A DNA stretch of 32,000 nt, from the NCBI RefSeq assembly GCF_000023205.1, contig NC_012803.1, forward strand, positions 660,001 to 692,000, in the 5' to 3' direction. Below are positions 23,145 to 32,000 of this stretch, one piece after another (the stretch's first letter is position 1; every line of letters begins with the position of its first letter). The notes under the pieces are model-generated. The model searched no databases. It was not told the DNA's origin and worked only from the letters and a program-made list of their open reading frames with translations. The DNA comes from Micrococcus luteus NCTC 2665 (lineage in GTDB: Bacteria; Actinomycetota; Actinomycetes; Actinomycetales; Micrococcaceae). The translations under genes and the position numbers were made by a program.

Positions 23145-24543
23145 GCCCACGCCGCCGGAGCCCGCCGCCGGAACGCCCGCCGCGCCGTCGTCGCCCTGGA
23201 CCGGCGCCGCCCACCAGCCGGTGCTGTTCGGCCCGGAGGGCCGGCCCCCGTATGCCGGCCGCGCCGTGCAGACCCCCGGCTACACGCCGTGGGACCGGGA
23301 GCGGTGGCTGCCCGAGCCGCCCAAGTCCTCGTACCGCTCGGACTTCGAGCGGGATCGTGCCCGCGTGCTGCACTCCGCGGGCCTGCGCCGGCTGGGGGCC
23401 AAGACCCAGGTGGTCGCCCCGGACGCGGACGACTTCGCCCGCACCCGCCTGACGCACTCGCTCGAGGTGGCGCAGGTGGGGCGTGAGCTCGGCCGGTCGC
23501 TGGGCTGCGACCCCGACCTCGTGGACACCGCCTGCCTGTCCCACGACCTCGGCCACCCGCCCTTCGGGCACAACGGGGAGAAGGCGCTCGACGCGCTCAG
23601 CGAGGACGTCGGCGGCTTCGAGGGCAACGCCCAGACCCTGCGCCTGCTGGCCCGCCTCGAGCAGAAGAAGCTCTTCGCGGACGGCTCCTCCGCGGGCCTG
23701 AACCTCACGCGCGCCGCCCTCGACGCCGCATGCAAGTACCCGTGGACCCGTGAGGACGCCCCGCTGCGCCCCGACGGCACGCGCTCGCGCAAGTTCGGCG
23801 TCTACGAGGACGACCTGCCCGTGTTCCGCTGGTTCCGCGCCGGGGTGCCCGGCACGCGCACGTCCATGGAGGCCCAGGTCATGGACCTCGCGGACGACAT
23901 CTCCTACTCCGTGCACGACGTCGAGGACGGCGTGGTCAACGCCGTGTTCCAGCTCAAGTGGCTGGCCATCCCGGAGCACCGGGAGCGCGTCGTGGAGACC
24001 ACCCGCCAGTGGTACCTGCCGCACACGGACCCGGCCGAGGTCGACGCGGCCCTGGCCCGCCTCGAGGCCACCGACGTGTGGGTCTCCGAGATGGACGGCT
24101 CCCGGCGGGCGCTGGCGGCGATGAAGGACATGACGAGCCAGCTGATCGGCCGGTTCTGCAGCGCCGCCTTCGACGCCACGCGCCAGGTGTTCGGCAACGA
24201 GCCGCTGACCCGCCACGGGGCCGACGTCGTGGTGCCCGAGGAGACGGAGACCGAGATCGCCGTGATGAAGGGCATCGCGGCGGCCTACGTGATGACCGCG
24301 GAGCAGCGCCAGCCGCTCTACGCGCGGCAGCGCGAGGTGCTCGCGGAGCTCGTGGCGCTGCTGGAGGCCACGGGGGACCGGTACCTCGAGCCGATGTTCA
24401 CGTTCGACTGGGCGCAGGCCCCCGACGACGCCGCCCGGCGGCGCGTGGTGATCGACCAGATCGCCTCGCTCACCGATTCGACCGCCGTCGAGTGGCATCA
24501 CACCCTGGTGCAGGGCGCGGAGTTCCGGCGCGTCTGGATCTGA
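23137..24543 (+). CDS. dgt: deoxyguanosinetriphosphate triphosphohydrolase-like HD-domain protein
   Basis: This 468-aa ORF has a GTG start overlapping the dus end by 8 nt. It shows RTRLTHSLEVAQVGR and HDLGHPPFGH (HD domain), and MDLADDISYSVHDVEDG, typical of the dGTPase family. Confidence 0.9.
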   Translation: MAEPTPPEPAAGTPAAPSSPWTGAAHQPVLFGPEGRPPYAGRAVQTPGYTPWDRERWLPEPPKSSYRSDFERDRARVLHSAGLRRLGAKTQVVAPDADDFARTRLTHSLEVAQVGRELGRSLGCDPDLVDTACLSHDLGHPPFGHNGEKALDALSEDVGGFEGNAQTLRLLARLEQKKLFADGSSAGLNLTRAALDAACKYPWTREDAPLRPDGTRSRKFGVYEDDLPVFRWFRAGVPGTRTSMEAQVMDLADDISYSVHDVEDGVVNAVFQLKWLAIPEHRERVVETTRQWYLPHTDPAEVDAALARLEATDVWVSEMDGSRRALAAMKDMTSQLIGRFCSAAFDATRQVFGNEPLTRHGADVVVPEETETEIAVMKGIAAAYVMTAEQRQPLYARQREVLAELVALLEATGDRYLEPMFTFDWAQAPDDAARRRVVIDQIASLTDSTAVEWHHTLVQGAEFRRVWI

Positions 24544-24561
24544 GGGGCCGCCCCGGGCCGG

Positions 24562-25725
24562 TCACTCGCCCGGGGCGACGACGGCGCACGGGCCCGCGAG
24601 CCGGACCCCGCAGGCGGCGTCGAGCGGGGGCAGCGCCCCCTCCACGCGGGCCTGGGCCCGGGTGCCGTCGGCCAGCTGGACCGTGGCCACCGAGTCGTGG
24701 CCGCGGTAGTCCACGTCCACCACGGTGGCGGGCGTCCAGACGCGCGCGGCCTCGACCCCGTCCACGTCAACGGTCGGGTCGAGGGTGCCGCGCACGTGCT
24801 CGGGGCGGACCACCACGAGGTCCCCGGGCACAGCCGTGGCCGCACGCGCCCCGTGCAGGGGCACCGGGCCGAGGGCGGTGCGCCCGATCCGCCGGCCGCC
24901 GTCGCGCTCCGGCCCGGTCACGTCCAGCAGCGGCAGCAGGGAGGCCTCCCCGACGAACGCGGCGACCCAGGCGTCGGCCGGGTGCGCGTACACCTCGTCC
25001 GGCGTGCCCAGCTGGCGCAGGCGCCCGGCCCGCATCACGGCCGCGCGGTCGGCCATGGACAGGGCCTCGGACTGGTCGTGGGTGACGAGCACGGCCGTGG
25101 CGCCGTCCTCCTTCAGCGCCTGGCGCACGTCCCGGCGCAGGCCGCTGCGCAGGGAGGCGTCGAGGGCGCCGAAGGGCTCGTCCAGCAGGATCAGCGGCGG
25201 GCGCGGGGCCATCGCCCGGGCCAGGGCCACGCGCTGCTGCTGGCCGCCGGAGAGCTCGTGCGGCATGCGCTCGCCGTGGCCGGCGAGGTCCACGAGCTCG
25301 AGGCACTCCTGGATGCGGGCCATCCGCCCGGGCCGGCGGCGGCGCAGCCCGAAGCCCACGTTCTCCGCCACGCTCAGGTGCGGGAACAGGGCGCCGTCCT
25401 GGGGCACCACGGCCACGTGCCGGCGGTGGGCGGGCACGTGCACGCGGGGCAGGGCCACCACGGAGCCGGCAAGGCTGATGCGGCCGGACTCGATGCGCTC
25501 GAAGCCGGCCAGGCAGCGCAGCAGCGTGGTCTTCCCGCAGCCGGAGGGGCCGAGCACGGCGAGCAGCTCGCCCGGCTCCAGGTCGAACTGCACGCCCTCC
25601 AGGACGGGCCCCTCCCCGTAGGAGGCGCCGAGGTCGGCCACGGACACGGCGTGGCCGACGCCGGGCCGGGGACCGGCCGGGCGGGACGCGCGGGTCGAGG
25701 CGGCGGGGGAGGGCATGGCGGTCAT
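24562..25725 (-). CDS. ABC transporter ATP-binding protein (Fe3+/polyamine-type with C-terminal TOBE-like domain)
   Basis: This is the ORF 24562..27117 frame with ATG at 25725 overlapping the permease stop (ATGA). It has Walker A (GPSGCGKTT), the signature [14 protein letters not shown], Walker B (LILLDEP) and the H-loop (VTHD). Confidence 0.9.
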   Translation of the reverse strand: MTAMPSPAASTRASRPAGPRPGVGHAVSVADLGASYGEGPVLEGVQFDLEPGELLAVLGPSGCGKTTLLRCLAGFERIESGRISLAGSVVALPRVHVPAHRRHVAVVPQDGALFPHLSVAENVGFGLRRRRPGRMARIQECLELVDLAGHGERMPHELSGGQQQRVALARAMAPRPPLILLDEPFGALDASLRSGLRRDVRQALKEDGATAVLVTHDQSEALSMADRAAVMRAGRLRQLGTPDEVYAHPADAWVAAFVGEASLLPLLDVTGPERDGGRRIGRTALGPVPLHGARAATAVPGDLVVVRPEHVRGTLDPTVDVDGVEAARVWTPATVVDVDYRGHDSVATVQLADGTRAQARVEGALPPLDAACGVRLAGPCAVVAPGE

Positions 25726-27350
25726 TCTGACACCTCGTTCGGGGTCGACGGGGCGCTCGAGCGGCCGCGCACGGCCGCGACGATCCCCGTGCGGTGGACC
25801 ACCACCCACGTGGGCACCGCGGCGAGCAGCACGAGGGTGAGCGCGTAGGGGGCGGCCTCGGCGTACCGGCCCACGCTGGTGGCGTTCCACAGGCGGGTGG
25901 CGAGCGTGTCCATGCCGGTGGGCCGCAGCAGCAGCGTGGCGGGCAGCTCCTTCATGGCGGTGAGGGCCACCAGCGCGACGCCGGCGCCCACCCCCGGCAG
26001 CGCCAGCGGCAGGGTCACGCGGCGCAGCACCTCGGCGCCCGAGGAGCCCAGGGACCGGGCCGCCTCCTCGAGGGCAGGGGAGGACTGGGCGACGGCCCCG
26101 GCCACCGACGTGACCGCCAGCGGCAGGAACAGGGTGGCGTAGGCGAAGGCCACCATCCACGTGGTCTGGTAGAGCGCCGGGACCAGGGAGACCCCGAGGA
26201 ACACGAGGGAGAGCCCCACGACGACGCCGGGCAGCCCGTGCGCGAGGAACGCGGCGCGCTCGGCGATCCGGGAGACGCGCCCCGGGTGGCGGGCGGCGAG
26301 GATGCCGATCGGCAGGGCGAGGGCGAGGGTGAGCGCCGCGCCCGCGCCCGCCAGGACCACGGAGCCGGAGACGGCGTCGAGCCAGCGGTCCCGGACGGCG
26401 GACAGGGACGTGCCCTCGCCCATCCAGCGGACCAGGCTCACCGCGGGCACGCCCAGCGCGGCGCCCGTGACCACGGCGAGGAGCCCGGTGCCGACCCAGC
26501 GGGACCGGCCCAGCCGGTGCACGCTGACCCGGCGGACCGTGCGACCGGAGCGGACGCCGTCGTCGGCCCGGCGGGTGCGGGACTCGCCCCAGAGCACCAG
26601 CACCGTCAGCAGCACGAGCACGGTGGCCAGGGTGAGGGCGAGCTGCCGGTTGAAGCCCACCTCGAGCGCCGTGAAGATCGCCCGGGTGAAGGTGTCCAGG
26701 CGCAGGATGGCCACGGCGCCGAAGTCGGAGAGCACGTAGAGGGCCACCAGCAGGGCGCCGCCGGCGATCGCCGGGCGCACTTGGGCGAGCGTGACGGTGA
26801 ACAGCGTGGCGGCGGGGCCGCGGCCGAGCGAGCGGGCCACGTCCTCCTGGCCGGGGTCGATGCGGGAGAGCGCGGCCGCCACCGGCAGGTATACGTACGG
26901 GTACGTGTAGAGGGTCATCACCGTCACCGCGGCCCAGAACCCCTCGAAGCGCCCCGCCTCCACGCCGGGCAGCAGGTCCGAGACGGACACCCACGTGAAC
27001 GCCGCCACGTAGGAGGGCACGGCCAGCGGCAGCGCCAGCAGGACGGCCAGCAGGCCGCGGCCGGGCGTGTCGGTGCGGGTGACGAGCCAGGCGGCGCCCA
27101 CGCCGATCACCAGGCACAGCGCGGTCACCACGGCGGTGAGCGCGAGCGAGGTGGCGGCCAGGGCGCCCACGCGCGGGCTCACGACGGCGTCCAGCCAGGG
27201 GCCGAACCCGCCCTGGGCGGTGCGCAGGAACAGGTAGCCGATGGGGACGAGCGCGACCGCCGCGGCCACGAGGGCCGCGGCGGTCAGCGCCGCGGGAGCG
27301 CGCCGTCCGCGCGTGCGGCGGACGGCCGGCTCCGGTGCTCGGGGGGTCAG
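25722..27350 (-). CDS. iron(III)-type ABC transporter permease (fused double permease domain)
   Basis: This is the ORF 25722..27899 frame. It encodes about 12 TM segments in two halves, typical of FbpB-like permeases. The start is uncertain: there is no ATG near the SBP stop. Candidates are CTG 27350 (overlapping the SBP stop) and GTG 27269. Confidence 0.75.
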   Translation of the reverse strand: MTPRAPEPAVRRTRGRRAPAALTAAALVAAAVALVPIGYLFLRTAQGGFGPWLDAVVSPRVGALAATSLALTAVVTALCLVIGVGAAWLVTRTDTPGRGLLAVLLALPLAVPSYVAAFTWVSVSDLLPGVEAGRFEGFWAAVTVMTLYTYPYVYLPVAAALSRIDPGQEDVARSLGRGPAATLFTVTLAQVRPAIAGGALLVALYVLSDFGAVAILRLDTFTRAIFTALEVGFNRQLALTLATVLVLLTVLVLWGESRTRRADDGVRSGRTVRRVSVHRLGRSRWVGTGLLAVVTGAALGVPAVSLVRWMGEGTSLSAVRDRWLDAVSGSVVLAGAGAALTLALALPIGILAARHPGRVSRIAERAAFLAHGLPGVVVGLSLVFLGVSLVPALYQTTWMVAFAYATLFLPLAVTSVAGAVAQSSPALEEAARSLGSSGAEVLRRVTLPLALPGVGAGVALVALTAMKELPATLLLRPTGMDTLATRLWNATSVGRYAEAAPYALTLVLLAAVPTWVVVHRTGIVAAVRGRSSAPSTPNEVSE

Positions 27351-28438
27351 AGCAGGCCCGCCTCCTGGATCATCTGGATGGTGGTCTGGAGGTCGTCCAG
27401 GTCGTTGAGGTCCACGTCGGGGGCCTTGACCTCGGAGAGCTCCGGGAAGCCGGCCGGCTGCTCCACGCCCTCCACGAGCGGGTACTCGCCGGTCTCCTCG
27501 GCGAAGTACGACTGACCGTCCTCGGAGAGAAGGTACTCCACGAGGGCGGCGGCGTCGCCGTCCTCCTGCTCGCCCACCAGGCCCATGCCGGACACGTTCA
27601 CCAGCGAGCCGAGGTCGCCGTCGGGGAAGAAGTGCAGGGACGCGCCCAGCTCCTCCGGGGCGACGCCCTTCTCCCGGGCCAGCTCGAACAGGTAGTAGTG
27701 GTTGACTAGGCCGGTGTCCAGGGTGCCGGCGTCCACGTCGGCGAGGATCTCGCCGTTCTTCTCGCGGCGCTGCGGGTCGTTGGCGGCGAAGTCCTCGAGC
27801 CAGGTCCGGGCCTCGTCCTCGCCCTTCTGCAGGCGAAGGGCGGTGACGAACGTCTGGAAGGACGCGTTGGTGGGGGCGACGCCGACGCGGCCCTTCCACT
27901 TCGGATCGGTCAGCTCGTCGACCGACGTCGGGAGGTCGGCCTCGGGGACCTTCTCCTCGTTGTAGGCCAGCACGCGGACGCGGCCGGTCAGGCCGACCCA
28001 GTCGCCCTCGTCGTCCCGGTAGGTCTCGGGCACGCGGTCCAGGGTCTCCTGGGCGAGGGGCGTGAACAGGCCCTCCTTGGCGACGGCGCCGAGCGCGCCC
28101 GCATCCTGGGAGAGGAACACGTCGGCGGGGGAGCCCTCGCCCTCCTCGACCAGCTGCGCGGCCATGGCGGGGGTCTTGTCGTAGCGGACCTCCACCTCGA
28201 TGCCGGTCTCGTCGGTGAACTCGTCCAGGATCGGCTGGACGAGGTCCTCGCTGCGGCCCGAGTACAGGGTGACCTTCTTGTCCGACTCGGCGGCGGAGGC
28301 GGAGCCGGACGCCGCGCCGGACGCGGAGTCCGAGCCGGAGCCGCCGGTGCCGCCGGCGCAGGCGGTCAGGGCGAGCAGCAGCGTGGCGGACACGGCCGAG
28401 AGGCGGACACCACGCGAGAGGGCGCGGGACTGGGGCAT
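27347..28438 (-). CDS. extracellular solute-binding lipoprotein, Fe(III) ABC transporter type
   Basis: This 363-aa ORF has a signal peptide with a lipobox (LLLALTACAGG). It resembles the SBP_bac_6/FbpA-like family (KVTLYSGRSEDLVQPILDEF...) and is the first gene of the 3-gene ABC operon. Confidence 0.8.
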   Translation of the reverse strand: MPQSRALSRGVRLSAVSATLLLALTACAGGTGGSGSDSASGAASGSASAAESDKKVTLYSGRSEDLVQPILDEFTDETGIEVEVRYDKTPAMAAQLVEEGEGSPADVFLSQDAGALGAVAKEGLFTPLAQETLDRVPETYRDDEGDWVGLTGRVRVLAYNEEKVPEADLPTSVDELTDPKWKGRVGVAPTNASFQTFVTALRLQKGEDEARTWLEDFAANDPQRREKNGEILADVDAGTLDTGLVNHYYLFELAREKGVAPEELGASLHFFPDGDLGSLVNVSGMGLVGEQEDGDAAALVEYLLSEDGQSYFAEETGEYPLVEGVEQPAGFPELSEVKAPDVDLNDLDDLQTTIQMIQEAGLL

Positions 28439-28544
28439 GGCAATCTCGATTCGGGAGGAGTGGCGGGGGCGGCGCCGCGGGCCAGGGGTTCCTGGCGGGC
28501 CGGCAAGGGGAGCCTATTAAGTCATGCGTGTGTTGTCTATTGCG

Positions 28545-29465
28545 TCACCATGTGACGTGCCTCGCAGTCGACAAGGCCCCCGACGGCCCGGGCCAGACGC
28601 CGGCGACGAGCGCGGGCAGCACCGCCCCGGCCGAGCCGCGCAGCGCGTGCGTCACCGCGCCGCTCAGCTCGGTCTCCACGGGGTTCACCTCGACGACGGC
28701 GACCCCGGCTCCCAGCGCCACGAACGGCAGGGACGCGGCCGGCTGGATCAGGCCCGAGGTGCCGACGACGAGGGCCAGGTCGCAGCGCTCCAGCGCCTCG
28801 TAGGCGCGCTCCCACGGCTCCTGCGGCAGCATCTCGCCGAACCACACCACGCCCGGCCGGATCCGTCCCGTCCCGCACGCCGGGCACGCCGGCGGCGCCT
28901 CACGCAGCATCGCCTCCAGGTCCGCCTCCGAGCCGGCCGCGTCCACGTCCGAGGGCGCGCCCGGGTCCACGTCCGCCGGGGCCCCGCACTCGGCGCAGCG
29001 GTGTTCGAACAGCGAGCCGTGCAGGTGCGCGAGCACGCGGGCGCCGGCCCGCTCGTGCAGGTCGTCCACGTTCTGGGTGACCACCTCCAGGTCGGGTGTG
29101 CGGCGCTGCCAGGCGGCGACGGCGTCGTGCCCCGGATTCGGTCGGCGGGCCCGCACCATCCGGGCACGCCACCGGTACCAGGACCACACGAGCGCGGGAT
29201 CGGCGAGGAACGCCTCCTCCGTGGCGAGCTGTTCCGCGGAGAAGCGCTCCCACAGGCCGGTCTGGGCGTCACGGAACGTGGGGATGCCGGACTCGGCGCT
29301 CATCCCCGCCCCGGAGAGCACCACGGGACGCTCGGCGGCGGCCACGAGCGCGCGGACGGCGTCCAGCGCGCCAGGGTCGAGGTCGGGAGCGGAGGCGGCG
29401 AGGACGGGGTGCGGATCGGCGAGGACGGGGGCGGAGGCGGCGAGGACGGGGTGCGGATCGGCCAT
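28545..29465 (-). CDS. cobB: NAD-dependent protein deacylase (sirtuin, CobB-like)
   Basis: This 306-aa ORF has VVLSGAGMSAESGIPTFRD, VVTQNVDDLHERAG (catalytic His), Zn-ribbon cysteines (CAECG...CPACG) and LVVGTSG. The N-terminus carries a 14-aa tandem duplication, so the true start could be internal. Confidence 0.85.
   Translation of the reverse strand: MADPHPVLAASAPVLADPHPVLAASAPDLDPGALDAVRALVAAAERPVVLSGAGMSAESGIPTFRDAQTGLWERFSAEQLATEEAFLADPALVWSWYRWRARMVRARRPNPGHDAVAAWQRRTPDLEVVTQNVDDLHERAGARVLAHLHGSLFEHRCAECGAPADVDPGAPSDVDAAGSEADLEAMLREAPPACPACGTGRIRPGVVWFGEMLPQEPWERAYEALERCDLALVVGTSGLIQPAASLPFVALGAGVAVVEVNPVETELSGAVTHALRGSAGAVLPALVAGVWPGPSGALSTARHVTW
29379..29462. repeat. 42-bp tandem duplication (2 copies) inside the 5' end of the sirtuin gene
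   Basis: Copies at 29379-29420 and 29421-29462 differ at about 3 positions. The identical 32-mer GCGGAGGCGGCGAGGACGGGGTGCGGATCGGC occurs at 29389-29420 and 29431-29462. On the minus strand it encodes ADPHPVLAASAPVL / ADPHPVLAASAPDL. Confidence 0.85.
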
Positions 29466-29522
29466 GTCCCCAGCCTAGGCAGGCGGCACGGGTGGGCGCC
29501 CCCCTCGTCCGGGGGCGGTTTG

Positions 29523-29549
29523 CGGCGTTATTCCGTCGGAATACCGCCG
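29523..29549 (-). terminator. hairpin downstream of pabB
   Basis: CGGCGTTATTCC (29523-29534) pairs with GGAATACCGCCG (29538-29549), giving a 12-bp stem with one mismatch and a 3-nt loop. It lies about 30 nt after the pabB stop on the minus strand. There is no U-tract. Confidence 0.35.
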
Positions 29550-29577
29550 AATATCGCCCCCGGACCACGGTGTGGGG

Positions 29578-31161
29578 TCAGGCGATGTCGGGCGCCGTCG
29601 TCGGCAGGCCCGTGCCGGCGGCGCGGGCGAGGGCCCGGCGCAGGCCGCGGGCCTTGAGGAGGACCTCGTCGTGCTCGGCGGCCGGGTCAGAGTCCGCGAC
29701 GATCGCCCCGCCGGCCCCCACGGACCAGCGGCCCCCGGCGAGCACGGCCGTGCGGATCACGACGGACAACGACGTCGTCCCGTCCGCGCCCAGCATCCCC
29801 AGCGCTCCGGAGTACACGCCGCGCGGAGAGGCCTCCCACGCGGCCAGCAGTTCGACGCTGCGGCGCTTCGGCGCGCCCGTCATCGACCCGCCGGGGAAGA
29901 GGGAGCGCACCACGTCCACCGGGTCGACGCCGGCCCGTGCCGTGCCCGTGACGGTGGAGACGAGCTGGTGGACGGTCGCGTAGCTCTCCACCGCCATGAG
30001 GGAGGGCACCTGCACGGAGCCGGGCTCGCACACCCGGGAGAGGTCGTTGCGCAGCAGGTCCACGATCATGAGATTCTCGGCGCGTGTCTTGGGGTCGGCG
30101 GCGAGCGCGCGGGCCGCCTCGGCGTCCTCGGCCGGGTCGGCCAGTCGGGCGGCCGTGCCCTTGATCGGTTTGGTGCTGTACCGCCCGTCCCGGCCGGAGA
30201 GGAAGCGCTCGGGGGAGGCGGAGACCACGGCCCACCGGCGGGCGCCCGTGCCGTGCTCCAGCAGCGCCGCATACGGGGCCGGCTGGTGCGCGGCGAGCTC
30301 GTGGAAGAGGACCAGCGGGTCCACGCGCAGCCCGGCGTCGGCGTCGAAGCGGGTGGTCAGGCACAGCTCGTAGGAGTCGCCGGCGTGCAGCGCGGCGCGG
30401 CAGCGGGCGATCTGCTCGGCGTATGCTGCCCGGTTCTCGCGCCACGTGCCCGGCGCCTCCTCGTCGGCCCGGGATTCCGGGCCGGCGTTCTCCGGGGGCG
30501 GCACGACGGCGTCGCCCGCCGCCGTCTCGAGAGCGCGGCGGGCCGCGGCGAGGGCACGGCGCACGTCCACTGCCCAGCGGTCGACCCCGGCCTCCGCGGC
30601 GGTCGGATCGAGGGAGACGACGCAGCAGTGCAGCACCCCGGCCGCATGGTCCGCCACGACGTAGCGGGACGGGCGCACCCAGAACTGCGCGGGCAGGGCT
30701 GCGGGGTCCCCGGGTCGACGTGAGGGCGGGGACACCCCCAGATCCGCCAGGCCGAGCTCGTAGCCGAGCCAGCCGACCAGGCCGCCGCGCAGGGGCAGGC
30801 CCTCGCCGCCGACCACCGGTCGGGGCGCGGCCGCGGCCGCGAGGTCGGCCCACGCGCGGTCCGGATCGGCGGGGTCGTCGTGCCGGACCAGCCGCGTGCC
30901 GGGGGAGGGCACGCGACCCTGCTCCTCGCCGAGCACATCCAGCCCGTCGCCCGCCACGGACCAGCGCGCCTCGGCCGGGTCCGGCAGGGCGGAGTCCAAC
31001 CAGAACGACGCGGCCCCGCGCATGACGGCGTGCGCATAGACCGCGGCCACGGCGCTCGCCGCCGTGTGCCCGGCCGCCGCGAGCGCCGCGGCGTCGAGCG
31101 TGCGCACGGCCACATGCAACGGGGTGGCGGCGGCCTCGGGCGGTGCGGGGGCGGTGGGCAT
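29578..31161 (-). CDS. pabB: aminodeoxychorismate synthase component I (chorismate-binding enzyme)
   Basis: This is the ORF 29578..31227 frame with ATG at 31161. It has chorismate-binding family motifs (VVSASPERFL, GTAAR, ENLMIVDLLRNDLSRV, PGGSMTGAPK, GGAIVADSDP). Assignment to PabB rather than TrpE or an isochorismate synthase rests on family resemblance only. Confidence 0.8.
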   Translation of the reverse strand: MPTAPAPPEAAATPLHVAVRTLDAAALAAAGHTAASAVAAVYAHAVMRGAASFWLDSALPDPAEARWSVAGDGLDVLGEEQGRVPSPGTRLVRHDDPADPDRAWADLAAAAAPRPVVGGEGLPLRGGLVGWLGYELGLADLGVSPPSRRPGDPAALPAQFWVRPSRYVVADHAAGVLHCCVVSLDPTAAEAGVDRWAVDVRRALAAARRALETAAGDAVVPPPENAGPESRADEEAPGTWRENRAAYAEQIARCRAALHAGDSYELCLTTRFDADAGLRVDPLVLFHELAAHQPAPYAALLEHGTGARRWAVVSASPERFLSGRDGRYSTKPIKGTAARLADPAEDAEAARALAADPKTRAENLMIVDLLRNDLSRVCEPGSVQVPSLMAVESYATVHQLVSTVTGTARAGVDPVDVVRSLFPGGSMTGAPKRRSVELLAAWEASPRGVYSGALGMLGADGTTSLSVVIRTAVLAGGRWSVGAGGAIVADSDPAAEHDEVLLKARGLRRALARAAGTGLPTTAPDIA

Positions 31162-31214
31162 GGCCCCCAGCGTAGGGGTCAGCCCCCGCCCGGATCGCTC
31201 CGTACGCTGGCGGC

Positions 31215-32000
31215 ATGCCGTCCGCACCGCCCCGCCGCGCCCTGGTCGCCGCGCTCGAACGCCACCAGGTGGCGCTGTACCTCGCGGGGATCGCCGCGGG
31301 CGCCGTCGTCGGGTGGGCCGTGCCCGGGGCCGACGCGTGGGCGGTGCTCGTCGAGCCGGTCCTCGCGCTGCTCCTGCTGGCGACGTTCCTGGCGGTGCCG
31401 TTCGCCGCGCTGGGCGCGGGCCTGCGGGACGGCAGGTTCCTCACGGCACTGCTGGTCCTGAACTTCGTGGTGGTGCCGGCGGTGGTGTTCGGGCTGAGCC
31501 GGTTCGTGGCCCACGACGACGCGCTGCTCGTGGGCGTGCTCCTCGTGCTGCTGGCCCCGTGCGTGGACTATGTCATCGCGTTCACCGCGCTCGCGGGCGG
31601 GGCGGCCGAGAGGCTGCTGGCGGCGGCTCCGCTGCTCATGCTCGTCCAGCTGGTCGTGCTGCCCGTGCTGCTGCGCGTCGTCGCCGGCGAGGCGGCCGTG
31701 GCCGCGGTCGACGTCGGGCCCTTCGTCCGTGCCCTGGTCATGCTGATCCTGGTGCCGCTCGCGCTCGCGGCGCTGCTCCAGTGGGGTGCGGTGCGCGGCC
31801 GCGGTGGGGTGCGGGACACGGCGGCCGGGGTAGTGCGCGGGTTCACGGCGGCGATGGTCCCGCTCATGGTCGTCACGCTGTTCACGGTGGTCGCCTCGCA
31901 GATCCGCGGGGTGGGGGAGCGGCTGCCCGCGCTGGCCGCCGTCGTGCCCCTGTTCGCGGCGTTCGCCGCCGTGATGGTGGCCCTCGGCGTGGTGGCCGCG
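31215..32000 (+). CDS. ACR3/BASS (bile acid:Na+ symporter / arsenic-resistance) family transporter, 5' part only
   Basis: This ORF is not in the track because it has no stop in the window. Hand translation from ATG 31215 gives MPSAPPRRALVAALERHQVALYLAGIAAGAVVGW...LLVLNFVVVPAVVFGL...LLAPCVDYVIAFTALAGG... It is open and in frame to base 32000, polytopic, and has high GC3. Confidence 0.6.
   Translation, partial: MPSAPPRRALVAALERHQVALYLAGIAAGAVVGWAVPGADAWAVLVEPVLALLLLATFLAVPFAALGAGLRDGRFLTALLVLNFVVVPAVVFGLSRFVAHDDALLVGVLLVLLAPCVDYVIAFTALAGGAAERLLAAAPLLMLVQLVVLPVLLRVVAGEAAVAAVDVGPFVRALVMLILVPLALAALLQWGAVRGRGGVRDTAAGVVRGFTAAMVPLMVVTLFTVVASQIRGVGERLPALAAVVPLFAAFAAVMVALGVVAA

Noticed and set aside
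28439-28544. Searched the promoter region of the Fe(III)-type ABC operon for an IdeR/DtxR iron box or a Zur-type box
   Set aside because: There is an AT-richer stretch (GCCTATTAAGTCATGCGTGTGTTGTCTATTGCG) and a short GTCAC..GTGAC dyad. Nothing resembles the TTAGGTTAGGCTAACCTAA consensus well enough to call.
28545-29465. Sir2-domain protein as a possible defence-system (SIR2 effector) gene
   Set aside because: It has the full canonical sirtuin motif set including the Zn ribbon. It has normal size, no associated sensor or partner genes, and lies in core-gene context, so it is an ordinary CobB-type deacylase.
1-32000. CRISPR arrays, rRNA/tRNA genes, IS elements with terminal inverted repeats plus a transposase
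   Set aside because: No regularly spaced repeat-spacer arrays, no tRNA-like cloverleaf regions and no transposase-like ORFs were seen. The only mobile DNA supported is the serine-recombinase element.

Overview
This is a very GC-rich, actinobacterial-type chromosomal segment (GC not computed). It carries mostly ordinary core genes. These are a CPBP protease, a VOC protein, a SAM-IV riboswitch with metY-metX, an SGNH hydrolase, an esterase, an S4-domain protein, glyQS, a GNAT, a short CDF transporter, an MFS transporter, an ankyrin protein, dus, dgt, a 3-gene Fe(III)-type ABC importer, a sirtuin, pabB and an ACR3/BASS-type transporter. The standout feature is an ~8.58-kb integrated mobilizable element at about 12322..20906, inserted inside a luciferase-like (LLM) flavin oxidoreductase gene. 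The two gene halves (11553..12323 and 20904..21158) rejoin in frame across a TA dinucleotide. Joining the two element ends gives a perfect 26-bp palindrome, CCCGACATGCGC-TA-GCGCATGTCGGG, which fits a serine-recombinase attP. The element encodes a large serine recombinase, two to three small coupled ORFs (one HTH), and an HUH-type Rep with a P-loop domain. It also encodes MobC plus a relaxase, a coiled-coil membrane protein, and a mercury module (merR, core merA, MerF-like transporter). No T4SS, coupling protein or FtsK/TraB-like transfer gene is present. Many long ORFs in the six-frame track are off-frame or antisense shadows typical of high-GC DNA. No rRNA, tRNA or CRISPR array was seen.
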